A stretch of 45,298 nucleotides of DNA. It comes from Opitutales bacterium. Lineage in GTDB: Bacteria; Verrucomicrobiota; Verrucomicrobiia; Opitutales; JABSRG01. The DNA is taken from NCBI GenBank assembly GCA_049599475.1, contig JBMYOQ010000031.1, positions 1-45,298 on the forward strand. Direction: 5' to 3'. How positions within the stretch are numbered: the first letter of the stretch is position 1; every line of letters begins with the position of its first letter. The translations under genes and the position numbers were made by a program. Under the pieces are notes generated by a model, which was given only the letters and a program-made list of their open reading frames with translations, ran no database searches and had not been told where the DNA came from. Shown piece by piece: positions 1-9,265 of this stretch.

Positions 1-272
1 CAATCTTTACTGAAAAAATCAATATTATGCTCGGCATAGAAACACAGTTGCTACCCAATTTTCATCAAAGGCTTAAATGCTGCGGCTTGTAGGTTCGTCT
101 TACCAAGCCTGCCCTTCGAATGTGCGGATTTATAAAAATAGACGAGAGTACCTTTAAGACAGGGGCTAGCTGCGACAAAGCCGGATCCCCAAGCCCACTA
201 ATGCGTTGCGGAACAAATCCATGGCCATCCTCACTCTCTATGGATTCACTCAAAATCCATAAAATCTGAGCC

Positions 273-1157
273 TCAGCTCAAACGCTTCGACATCGATTGC
301 ACTAAGCTGTGGAAAAACGAGCCGGCTCCAAACATACCTGAAGCGAGTGACTCTGCTTCCGCCGAATAGCGCTCAGCATGTAGGCGAGCCTCATCCAGCC
401 CGTAAATGGATACATAGGTCGATTTCTCGCGCTCATCATCCAGCCCCGCAGGTTTACCGAGGGCCTCAGTGGTCTGCGTCGCATCCAAAATATCATCAAT
501 CACTTGGAAAGCCATACCGATCGCGAAGCCCAGTTTCCCTGCTTCCTCGATTTTCTTGGAGTCCGCTAAAACTGATCCCATCCGGACACTGGCTTGGATT
601 AAGGCTGCCGTCTTATTGCGATGTATGAATTCGAGCTCTTCACCGCTTAACACAGCTTGTTGCGATTCCGCTTCGATATCCGTCATTTGCCCACCAATAA
701 GCTTCCGCGATCCCCCCGCGATGGAGAGCTCTTTGATTAGCCGTACAGCGATCGCAGGCTCATCCAGATAGGCTTCAGACAGGAGTTCGAATGTATAATT
801 TAGCAGACCATCTCCTGCCAAAATGGCCGTAGACTCATCGAACTCGACATGGCAAGTTGGCCGTCCACGGCGCAGGTCGCTGTTATCGACTGCTGGTAAA
901 TCATCGTGAATGAGGGTGTAAGTGTGCAGGCACTCCAACGCGACCGCCGCAGGTAAAAGATCTCGGCTCGACCCCAATCCCTCGGCACAAGCTAACAGCA
1001 TTACGGGGCGTAAGCGCTTACCGCCGGCCATCATCGAATAATGCATCGCCTGGTGAAGCTTCTCGGGCTTCTGGTTGACCGAAGGTAAGTGCTCGGGAAT
1101 CGCGGACTGCACCCGCGAGATGTAGGCGTCAAAAGTGTCGGAGAAAGAGGCGCTCAT
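273..1157 (-). CDS. ispA: Polyprenyl (farnesyl/geranylgeranyl) diphosphate synthase
   Basis: GGKRLRP, first Asp-rich motif LIHDDLPAVDNSDLRRG, GGQMTD, KTAALI, second motif FQVIDDILD, GKPAG.D. Confidence 0.93.
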   Translation of the reverse strand: MSASFSDTFDAYISRVQSAIPEHLPSVNQKPEKLHQAMHYSMMAGGKRLRPVMLLACAEGLGSSRDLLPAAVALECLHTYTLIHDDLPAVDNSDLRRGRPTCHVEFDESTAILAGDGLLNYTFELLSEAYLDEPAIAVRLIKELSIAGGSRKLIGGQMTDIEAESQQAVLSGEELEFIHRNKTAALIQASVRMGSVLADSKKIEEAGKLGFAIGMAFQVIDDILDATQTTEALGKPAGLDDEREKSTYVSIYGLDEARLHAERYSAEAESLASGMFGAGSFFHSLVQSMSKRLS

Positions 1158-1288
1158 TTTTTAAGTGATGAAGGAATGTGATTTTTGACGAGGTGTTGGC
1201 GAGTCAAGACCTATGATCGGCACCGATAAAATATTTCGCTGCATTACGCCCGCCCGACATTGCAGCAATTGCTCTTGCAACCAAAACC

Positions 1289-2578
1289 TCACTTCCGCTG
1301 TAGCAGTAGCACGCGGTTAGTGTTCGTTCCTTTGGAAAGATTGCTCACGCCCCAAGCATTTGAGGTTTTGGTAAACTCTTGTTCGTTGATGAGGACGAGA
1401 ATTGGTGTGAAGCCGGAGTTTTCGACGACGGGCAGGAGGGCTTGTTCAAGTAGGACGGTTCCTTTGTTTACTTCTCCGACTTCAAAAGCGACATAGCCTC
1501 CGGGCTTTACGATGCGTTTGAGCTCGTTGAAGGTAGATTGCATCTTCCCAACCCAATCGCCGAGTTTGCTGAACTGCCAAAAATGGACGGTGTCGGGATC
1601 GATATTATTAAACCAACAGCGCAGCCAGTTATCGCCTTTGTAGTCGACTGTTGCGAGGAAGGGTGGGGAAGTCACGACGAGATCAACGGAAGCTTTCTTT
1701 ATATCCGAAGTATTATCGGCTGAACCGCAGAGGAGCTGGCTGTGCTCAGAGCTCGCCCGCATCAATTCCAATTCCTGTGTATCGACATTTTTGAGCAGGC
1801 TCTTGGACTTTCTCAGGAGAATCGCACGGACATCGCGTTCTGGAGGTGTCTGGTCGCGGTCGGCGTTGATCTTTTTTTGCCGAGTTACACTGACTGCTTG
1901 ATTTGGCGGCAGTGTATAAACCGAAAAGAAGCCAGGAGAGTGGCCCGTCAAGCGATTAGTCGCGACCATGCGTAGCCATCGGTCTACGGAGTCCATTTCC
2001 CCAGAAGCCTCTCTGGAGATGAAATAGTCTCTCAGTGCCTGGATTTTTTTAAGGGTACTCGGATGGTAAAATGCAAAGAGCTCCGACTCTAATTTCCCGT
2101 TATACTCGAAGTCTATTTCATCCAACCGCCGCTCGATAGATTCTATGTCGGGAGGTGACAAACGTGGTTCCAGCAGGACGCGGCTCAGGGGATTCGCATC
2201 GTTACCGGATGCCTTGCGTCCGAGGCGAACCGCCTCGAGTGCTGTGGTCCCGCGACCGAGGAAGGGGTCGAAAACGGTGTCTCCGGGCTGAGTCAGGTTT
2301 TCGATGAAAAATGCTGGTAGTTGGGGTTTGAAACACGCGCGGTAGGATATTTCGTGAAGCGGAGAGCCAGCACGTTGTTTCGAAGTCCAGAACTCGTTTA
2401 CAAAATAACGTATTGGATGATTGCTGACTGCATCGACTTGTTCGATACGCGTCTCTGTCCCGAAATCGCGAAAATTTTTGAGATGCTGAATGAATTTCTG
2501 GGTACGCTCTGGCTGCGGGGCGAGGTCGGTGACCGGAAAAAATTCGCGATTGTTGGGATGGGTATTTGTGCGAGGCAT
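1289..2578 (-). CDS. Orphan amino (N4-C/N6-A) DNA methyltransferase-family protein
   Basis: SAM-binding motif DPFLGRGTT near the N-terminus and catalytic-type motif TSPPF near the C-terminus; HEISYRACFKPQLP. No restriction endonuclease gene adjacent. Confidence 0.8.
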   Translation of the reverse strand: MPRTNTHPNNREFFPVTDLAPQPERTQKFIQHLKNFRDFGTETRIEQVDAVSNHPIRYFVNEFWTSKQRAGSPLHEISYRACFKPQLPAFFIENLTQPGDTVFDPFLGRGTTALEAVRLGRKASGNDANPLSRVLLEPRLSPPDIESIERRLDEIDFEYNGKLESELFAFYHPSTLKKIQALRDYFISREASGEMDSVDRWLRMVATNRLTGHSPGFFSVYTLPPNQAVSVTRQKKINADRDQTPPERDVRAILLRKSKSLLKNVDTQELELMRASSEHSQLLCGSADNTSDIKKASVDLVVTSPPFLATVDYKGDNWLRCWFNNIDPDTVHFWQFSKLGDWVGKMQSTFNELKRIVKPGGYVAFEVGEVNKGTVLLEQALLPVVENSGFTPILVLINEQEFTKTSNAWGVSNLSKGTNTNRVLLLQRK

Positions 2579-2603
2579 TGGGTGTCGTTTTAGAGCCTCG
2601 ACT

Positions 2604-3410
2604 CTATGCTTTGCTTATAATCCGCGAAAGCAAGGTTGCGAATGAGGAACGGACGCGATCCGCGGTTTCTTTCACTTCATCGTGAGTCAAAGGTTGGTTG
2701 CTCATGCCTGCCGCTAAATTCGTGATACAAGAGATGCCGCAAACTTCGAGACCGGCGTGATTGGCCACAATGGCTTCAGGCACAGTGGACATCCCTACGG
2801 CATCGGCGCCCATTGTGCGGAATGCGTGAATTTCGGCTGGAGTTTCATAGCTTGGCCCTGTGACCGCGAGGTATACACCTTCAGCGAAATGTATCGGTAA
2901 ATCTTCTACAGAGTTCGCTGCGATTTCTCTGAGCCGCTTACTATAGACATTGCTCATGTCGGGGAAGCGTGTGCCCAGCTCATCGTGGTTGGGGCCGATC
3001 AGGGGATTGGTTCCCAGTTGATTGATGTGATCGGACAAAGCCATGAGAGTTCCAGGCTTGTAGCTGGTGTTGATACCTCCCGCGGCGTTGGTGACAAAGA
3101 GTTGCTTTACTCCGAGATGCGCCATGATCCGAACCGGCATGACTACCTGGTCCATTCGGTAGCCTTCATAAAAATGAAAGCGCCCTTGCATACACAGCAC
3201 CGATTTGCCCGCGAGAGTGCCGTAGACGAATTGCCCCTTGTGTCCCTCCACGGTAGATCGGGGAAAGTTGGGGATGTCTTCGTAAGGAATTGCAATCGGG
3301 TTCTCGATCGCTTCGTCCGCGAAGAATCCGAGGCCACTGCCCAGGATGATACCTGCTTCAGGTGCGAAATTTTTCAGTTGCGTGCGGAGATATTCGAGAG
3401 CGTCTTGCAT
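2604..3410 (-). CDS. punA: Purine-nucleoside phosphorylase (trimeric PNP-I type)
   Basis: ILGSGLG, GRFHFYEG, GPSYETPAE, VGMSTVPE, ITN motifs. Confidence 0.93.
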   Translation of the reverse strand: MQDALEYLRTQLKNFAPEAGIILGSGLGFFADEAIENPIAIPYEDIPNFPRSTVEGHKGQFVYGTLAGKSVLCMQGRFHFYEGYRMDQVVMPVRIMAHLGVKQLFVTNAAGGINTSYKPGTLMALSDHINQLGTNPLIGPNHDELGTRFPDMSNVYSKRLREIAANSVEDLPIHFAEGVYLAVTGPSYETPAEIHAFRTMGADAVGMSTVPEAIVANHAGLEVCGISCITNLAAGMSNQPLTHDEVKETADRVRSSFATLLSRIISKA

Positions 3411-3413
3411 TGG

Positions 3414-4727
3414 TTATTTCGGAAGGACTTCGATAATCAATGGCTCAGGATCGGTCGGATGCAAGGATTCTACCGAAATGGCGTCAATTAATGCCGTTTG
3501 CGCTGTCTGAGCGGCATCCTCTGTGGCTGCGTGCACGGTCCCGATCAGCGAGCCTTTTTCCAAAATTTCTCCGACTTTTACCAACTCACTGTAGCCTACC
3601 GATGGGTCTATAACGCTGTCGGTGTGGATCCGCCCGGCGCCCAGTTTGAGAGCGTTGCGGGCGATTGTCATCGCGTCGACCTGTGTAATAATACCGCTGG
3701 GGCCATCGTAGTGCACAGGAACGCGTACGGGCGCTTCGGGTAGGGCGTCGATGATGGCATCTATGCCATCGGGCCCACCTTGAGCCGCAATGATTTGCTC
3801 AAATTTTCTAGCAGCGGAGCCATCCGAGATCGCCTTTTCGGCGAGGTCTTGGCCTGCATCTAATCCGTCAGCAATTTTGCCGATTTCCAGCATGTGGCCG
3901 ACAAGGTCGACGGAGAGGCTCTGTAGGTCGTCGGGACCGAATCCGCGCAGGCACTCGATCGCCTCGCGCACTTCAAGGGCATTTCCAACGGTATGTCCAA
4001 GAGGTTGATCCATGCGGGAAATCACCGCACGGACATCGCAACCGAGCCGGCGACCGATGCTAATCATCGTCTCTGCCAGTTCTTCGGCGTCGTGGACCGT
4101 CTTCATGAATGCACCGGAGCCCACTTTGACATCGAGCACCAAGCCTTGGATGCCCTCTGCGAGCTTCTTGCTCATGATCGAGGCGGCAATCAACGGTATG
4201 TTTTCCACGGTGGCGGTGACGTCTCGCAGGGAATAGAGCTTCTTGTCAGCGGGCACCATACCTTCGGTTTGCCCGATCAATGCGCAATCGATCGCTTCAC
4301 ATTGCCGAGCGTAATCGGCCAGCGACATGTGCCAAGAAAAGCCAGGGATGCTATCGAGCTTATCAAGCGTCCCGCCAGTATGGCCTAGACCGCGTCCGCT
4401 CATCATGGGGACACAAAGACCGCACGCTGCAGCGAGAGGTGCGAGCACGAGGGACACCTTGTCGCCCACGCCGCCAGTCGAGTGTTTGTCGACGCGTGGT
4501 TTCTCGATATGAGATAGGTCGGCCATCTCTCCCGAGCGCATCATGGCTTGAGTGAGTGCCGACGTTTCGGACGCTCCCAGGCCGTTTAGGTAAGCTGCCA
4601 TAAGCCAGGCAGATATCTGGTAGTCCGCGACATTGCCGGCAGTCATCGCTTTGATGAACTGATGAATTTCTTCAGGGCTGTGTGCTTTGGAATCGCGCTT
4701 GGTCTGTATAAAATCAACCGGGAGCAT
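3414..4727 (-). CDS. pdp: Pyrimidine-nucleoside/thymidine phosphorylase
   Basis: VDKHSTGGVGDK, SGRGLGHTGGTLDKL, RDVTATV, SIMSKK, DVKVGSGAFMK. Confidence 0.93.
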   Translation of the reverse strand: MLPVDFIQTKRDSKAHSPEEIHQFIKAMTAGNVADYQISAWLMAAYLNGLGASETSALTQAMMRSGEMADLSHIEKPRVDKHSTGGVGDKVSLVLAPLAAACGLCVPMMSGRGLGHTGGTLDKLDSIPGFSWHMSLADYARQCEAIDCALIGQTEGMVPADKKLYSLRDVTATVENIPLIAASIMSKKLAEGIQGLVLDVKVGSGAFMKTVHDAEELAETMISIGRRLGCDVRAVISRMDQPLGHTVGNALEVREAIECLRGFGPDDLQSLSVDLVGHMLEIGKIADGLDAGQDLAEKAISDGSAARKFEQIIAAQGGPDGIDAIIDALPEAPVRVPVHYDGPSGIITQVDAMTIARNALKLGAGRIHTDSVIDPSVGYSELVKVGEILEKGSLIGTVHAATEDAAQTAQTALIDAISVESLHPTDPEPLIIEVLPK

Positions 4728-4730
4728 AAA

Positions 4731-5084
4731 TCACAATAAAGTCGACCGCCACACCTCTTCTTTAAACCCAACTAGGCCAAGGTCTTCTGAAATGAGGAAC
4801 GGGCGTTTTACGAGATTCCCGTTTTGTGCAAGCAAATCGATAGCTTCTTCTTGGGATAGGCTCGGAAGAGTGTCTTTAAGTCCCATTTTGCGGTAGTCTT
4901 GCCCGGAGACATTGAAGAGTTTTTTCAACTGATTATCTTGGAACTCGAGCATCGCGTTGAGCTCGGCAGTGCTCGGAGGAGTCTCCCGGATGGGCAAGAC
5001 CGTATGCGCGATGTCATTTTCTTTCAGCCAGCGCAGGGCCTTTTTGCAGCCGTCACAGCCCGAGTATGCGTATACCTTAATCAT
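4731..5084 (-). CDS. ArsC/Spx-family (YffB-like) thioredoxin-fold protein
   Basis: N-terminal CDGCKKA (CxxC), LFNVSGQDYR, LVKRPFL; 117 aa. Confidence 0.85.
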   Translation of the reverse strand: MIKVYAYSGCDGCKKALRWLKENDIAHTVLPIRETPPSTAELNAMLEFQDNQLKKLFNVSGQDYRKMGLKDTLPSLSQEEAIDLLAQNGNLVKRPFLISEDLGLVGFKEEVWRSTLL

Positions 5085-6934
5085 GGATTCAAGAAACCAC
5101 GGAGGACTTCTTTAAGTCCACCCGATTCTGAATCGTCTCCACCGAGTCGCTTGTCGATTTCCTCGCTTAATCGATTCTTGGCAGCGTCCTGGACCGCGTT
5201 TACTGCGGCGTCTTGGAGCGTCTTTTGCAATTCCTGAGTATCAACCGTCACTGAGAGAGCGTCGATAGGGCCTTCTAACTTACCAGAGAGGTCTAGCGAC
5301 TCAAATGTCTGCAGGCCGATGTGAGGTATTTGCACGGCGAGATTGGTCAGTTGAATATCGAGAGGCAGGGTGAGTTGATTGTCAGTCATCGCGCCTTTCG
5401 CCTGCACCGAGATTTTTCCGGACTCGATTGAGTTGGCGATATCCTGGGGCAGGAGGTCCAGAATCGACTCGATATCAAAATTGGCTGCTTTGAGTTCAAT
5501 CGGGCTCGGCGTTTCAGGAGCGCGCAGAGATTCCAGAACCAGGTGAGCATAGATCTGCTCGGACCGGTTTGTGAGGGTGATCTCGGTGGCCTGTTCAAGA
5601 AGCTGAGGTGCGTCGGACACCATGGCGACGTCGATATCGAGGATACCCAGGTCCGTTCCGTTGATTCTAAGGTCGCGCACTGTAATCTGCTCTACGGTTA
5701 ATTGCGGAGACTCTGCGATTAAATGCTCGGCGATTGCTCCACGCATACCGGATGCTGCAATTTGTTCCTCAAGCCTGCGCTGCCAGCTCGGGCGATCATC
5801 GTCTGTGTCCTTCCGGGCCGATTCCTCCTCGGTTTGCGCATCCTCGAGCTTTTCCATCCACTCCTTGATTTCACCTAGGGCATCTTTCACGGATTCGTAT
5901 TTCTCTGCGATTTCTTCGGTCGTGATTTCTTCTGGGATCCCAATAATTGGAGCATCAGATGGCTCTTGAGTCTCCTGTGGGCGGGTTGGTTCTGTCGTTT
6001 TCTGCGGAATATCATCACTTCCGGAAACCCGCCTAGTGTTGTTTACCAGTGCACTGTCTACGGTGACTTCATCGACTACGATTCGCTTGGACAGAAGTTT
6101 GCTTATGGAGATGTCGGCGGTGATCTCCTGTGAACTAAATCGGTTCTGAGAGAGCTCGTTGGGATCGGCAAGAGCGAGGCCTTTGAGGCTCAATCGGCCC
6201 TCAGCGTAGTCAACCTCTGCTGACTGCAAATCCACGGTCGCTTCATTGGCTTGTTCGAGAGCCTCGCGTATACGTGTCGTGTAGAAGGTGCTATCGAACA
6301 TATTCAACAAGGCCCATCCGACGGGGATTGCCAGTATGACGGCGATTGCACCGGAGATGCGAATAGGAAGGCCCTTCTTGCTCGCTTCGACATTTTCCTG
6401 AAAGCTTTTTTTCCCTTTGAAACCACCGATGAAGATAAATGTGGTCAGTTTGAATAGGGGATTTTTGATGAGCTTGTTGAATCGCTCAGAGTTCTCCTCC
6501 AGATTTGCCATTTTCACGCGGTATCCGTGGAGCACACGATCGACTGCCATACCGAAGATAACTCCGTAGAGGATCGCGATTGGTAGCGCGCCGGCGAAGA
6601 CATAATATTCCCAGCCAAACCACGCACTGACGGGCGCGTTTATAATACCCTCAAACAATCCAGATAGCGGCCCCGCTAAGAAAAATTTTCCAACATTGAG
6701 GGAGAGAGGCGTGAGGAGCAAAGATAGGATATAGCCTCCAGCTGCACCCACCGCGAATAGCAAGAGATTGCAATTGAGCACGAGGACTAAGACGAAGAGT
6801 ACGGCGTAGATGCCAGGCGCGACATCAGGAGGGGCTGAGAACCCTAAGAGGCCGCCGAGTATGGTTGCGGAGAAAATTTGAAAGGGAGTGACGTTTCCCC
6901 GGAGGAGTTTGCCCAATTTGCGAAGTAAGAACAT
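5081..6934 (-). CDS. Membrane protein: TIGR03546/DUF2062-like N-terminal membrane domain fused to a TIGR03545/AsmA-like domain
   Basis: Likely start ATG 6934 (MFLLRKLGKLLRGNVTPFQI). Several hydrophobic helices, then a beta-rich AsmA-like region (LEQANEATVDL, LSLKGLALADP, LLSKRIVVDEV). The ORF extension to 7051 overlaps allB and is probably not translated. Confidence 0.6.
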   Translation of the reverse strand: MFLLRKLGKLLRGNVTPFQIFSATILGGLLGFSAPPDVAPGIYAVLFVLVLVLNCNLLLFAVGAAGGYILSLLLTPLSLNVGKFFLAGPLSGLFEGIINAPVSAWFGWEYYVFAGALPIAILYGVIFGMAVDRVLHGYRVKMANLEENSERFNKLIKNPLFKLTTFIFIGGFKGKKSFQENVEASKKGLPIRISGAIAVILAIPVGWALLNMFDSTFYTTRIREALEQANEATVDLQSAEVDYAEGRLSLKGLALADPNELSQNRFSSQEITADISISKLLSKRIVVDEVTVDSALVNNTRRVSGSDDIPQKTTEPTRPQETQEPSDAPIIGIPEEITTEEIAEKYESVKDALGEIKEWMEKLEDAQTEEESARKDTDDDRPSWQRRLEEQIAASGMRGAIAEHLIAESPQLTVEQITVRDLRINGTDLGILDIDVAMVSDAPQLLEQATEITLTNRSEQIYAHLVLESLRAPETPSPIELKAANFDIESILDLLPQDIANSIESGKISVQAKGAMTDNQLTLPLDIQLTNLAVQIPHIGLQTFESLDLSGKLEGPIDALSVTVDTQELQKTLQDAAVNAVQDAAKNRLSEEIDKRLGGDDSESGGLKEVLRGFLNP

Positions 6935-7013
6935 GGCTGCGGTATGGAGATAGATTGCGGTAGGACAGAGAAAACCTAATTTTGTTGTAACTGGAACCTT
7001 AAAAACTTTCGGG

Positions 7014-8342
7014 TCAAATTTGAATGACGTGTCCGCGCCTAGCAGTGTCATGACCAGGTTGGATCAATTGACCTCGAATAATCGTGCCCTCAATCCGGCC
7101 TTTCCAGGTTTTGCCAATGTAAGGAGAGTGCGGATTTTGATAGAGGATCTCATCTGCTTTTACCTGAGTCTCCTTGTTGGGATCGATGATGACCAGATCT
7201 GCGAGCGAACCGGCGTTGAGGTTCCCGCGATCTGGAATACCAAAACGGTTCGCAACATATGTCGAAGAAAGGTCGACGAGGCGTTGCCAGCTTAGGTCTC
7301 CCGTTTCGATGACACGATTGATAAACGGATTGAGAAAATGCTGTATTCCCGAGATGCCGCCCCAGGCCTGGGAAAAGGGGATCCCCAATTTCATCGAAGT
7401 GAGGCAGGGAGAATGGTCGGAGCCGACAGTGTTTACGGATCCATCCATCAATTTCGACCACAGCCCATCGCGAGTATTCGCATCGCGCAGGGGTGGGGCG
7501 CATTTGGCAAGGGCGCCGTGCTCATATATGTCCTCATCGATCAGGTCCAGGTAATGCGGGCAGGTCTCGGCAGATACATCGACTCCCGCGGCCTGAGCTT
7601 CTTCGACCATGTCAAAGCCGGGAGCATTGCTGATGTGGACAATGTGAATCTTGCAGCCCGTCTCGTTTGCAAGGTCCAGGGCTTCCCGAATTGCTAAGAG
7701 TTCGGCATCAATCGGGCGCGAGGTAAGCCAGGCTTGTATATCTTCAATACCTTGCTCTCGGGCTTCACGAGCCAGCCGTTGCGTGAGCGCCTCGTCTTCC
7801 GCGTGTAGGGCGAGGATTTTACCGGTGCCCGCTATGATTTCCATTCCTGCTTTTAAAGACGCTCGATCTACGCGGGGAAAATCATCTAACCCGCTGCTCG
7901 ACATAAAGGCTTTGAATCCGATCACACCGGCATCAGCTAGAGATTCTATATGCTCTAAATTGATGGGAGTGAGTCCGCCCCAAAGACCAAAATCGACTCG
8001 GCTCTTTTGTTCAGCCACTTTCCGTTTTTCGAAAAACAGCTCTGCGGTCAGGGTCGGAGGATTGGCGTTGAGCGGCATTTCAAATACCGAAGTGATGCCA
8101 CCAGCTAATGCTGCGCGGCTCCCGGTTTCCCAGCCCTCCCAGTCGGCGCGTCCTGGCTCATTGAAATGGACGTGAGCATCAATCGCTGCGGGTAAAACAA
8201 TATTTCCCGCGAGCTCTACAGTTGGGTGGTCACCTGCGGCGGAGAGCTCGGAGCCAATCTCAGAGATGATGCCGTCTTGGATCAGCATATCTCCTTCAAT
8301 AATTTCGGTTGAGCTTACGAATTTACCATTCTTGATGAGCAT
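7014..8342 (-). CDS. allB: Allantoinase (metal-dependent amidohydrolase)
   Basis: IDAHVHFNEPG, GFKAFM, HAED, HIVHIS, ETCPHYL, KCAPPLR, SDHSP; purine-catabolism context. Confidence 0.9.
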   Translation of the reverse strand: MLIKNGKFVSSTEIIEGDMLIQDGIISEIGSELSAAGDHPTVELAGNIVLPAAIDAHVHFNEPGRADWEGWETGSRAALAGGITSVFEMPLNANPPTLTAELFFEKRKVAEQKSRVDFGLWGGLTPINLEHIESLADAGVIGFKAFMSSSGLDDFPRVDRASLKAGMEIIAGTGKILALHAEDEALTQRLAREAREQGIEDIQAWLTSRPIDAELLAIREALDLANETGCKIHIVHISNAPGFDMVEEAQAAGVDVSAETCPHYLDLIDEDIYEHGALAKCAPPLRDANTRDGLWSKLMDGSVNTVGSDHSPCLTSMKLGIPFSQAWGGISGIQHFLNPFINRVIETGDLSWQRLVDLSSTYVANRFGIPDRGNLNAGSLADLVIIDPNKETQVKADEILYQNPHSPYIGKTWKGRIEGTIIRGQLIQPGHDTARRGHVIQI

Positions 8343-9199
8343 CAGGAGATCTGTGGAATGAGGTGAATGAGGCTGAGTTCAGGTGGACAGTTGAAGCGTA
8401 AACCATGTTGATTGCCAACTCCGCGCGTGATAAAAATTTTTCGCTGATCCCAGTCATAAAGTCCGGAAGAATAGGCCTTGTCGCGTATCGGCAGAATCGG
8501 ACGAATATCCGTGAACGGTATTTTTAGCTGCCCGCCATGGGTGTGTCCGCAGAGCATCAGGTCCCAATCATACCTCTGGAGAGTCGCCTTGGAATCTGGA
8601 TTATGAGAGAGCACGATTCGTGGTGGCCGCGGCTCGGATTTCTCGTCCATTGTATTGATGACACGTTGAGGGCGGCAGGTGCCCGACCAGATATCACCCA
8701 AGCCGACTATCTCGATCTGTTGGCCTTGAATATCAAGGCTGAGCTTTTCATTGAAAAGCGTCTTGAAATTACACGAGCGCAAGAGGTCCAACATGGGGCG
8801 AAAGGTCACGCTGCCGTGCGGGTTGCGCGTGAAATCGTGATTGCCGATGATGGCGATCGTGGGAGCAATGTCGGTGATGCTTGAGAACGTCTCGATGAAA
8901 TTGGAGCGATCGGGGAAATCGGTGGTCATGTAGTCTCCGGTGAGACAGACGAGGTCGGGGTCGGTTGACTCCCTGGCGATTTGTATCGCCTTGTGAATCT
9001 GATCAAACGAAACGTCTTCCGAGGCATGAAAATCCGAAAGGTGTAAGATCTTGATTGGCTTTTCGAGACCGTTTACCGGGATTTTTGTATGGGACACTTG
9101 ATACGCGCTGGCTTCCCGTCTCATGTACGCGAACACTCCAAAAGGCGCGGCCAGAGCTCCTGCCAGAGAAATCCAGAAAAACCTGCGCGTTATGTCCAT
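8342..9199 (-). CDS. Calcineurin-like metallophosphoesterase (YkuE/YaeI-like) with twin-arginine-like N-terminus
   Basis: SDFH, TGDY, GNHD, SHNPD, GHTHGGQ motifs; N-terminal TRRFF plus hydrophobic stretch; stop overlaps the allB start (TGATG). Confidence 0.88.
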   Translation of the reverse strand: MDITRRFFWISLAGALAAPFGVFAYMRREASAYQVSHTKIPVNGLEKPIKILHLSDFHASEDVSFDQIHKAIQIARESTDPDLVCLTGDYMTTDFPDRSNFIETFSSITDIAPTIAIIGNHDFTRNPHGSVTFRPMLDLLRSCNFKTLFNEKLSLDIQGQQIEIVGLGDIWSGTCRPQRVINTMDEKSEPRPPRIVLSHNPDSKATLQRYDWDLMLCGHTHGGQLKIPFTDIRPILPIRDKAYSSGLYDWDQRKIFITRGVGNQHGLRFNCPPELSLIHLIPQIS

Positions 9200-9265
9200 G
9201 AGGTCTTATTTCGGTCGTCGAGGCAAAAGCTTCATCGGAATTGCCATAAACTTACAAAGGCACAC

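Noticed and set aside
65..253. 62-aa ORF downstream of ispA, and the 79-aa ORF at 44963-45202
   Set aside because: Short, no recognisable motifs, and the second overlaps a REP remnant; no support for coding
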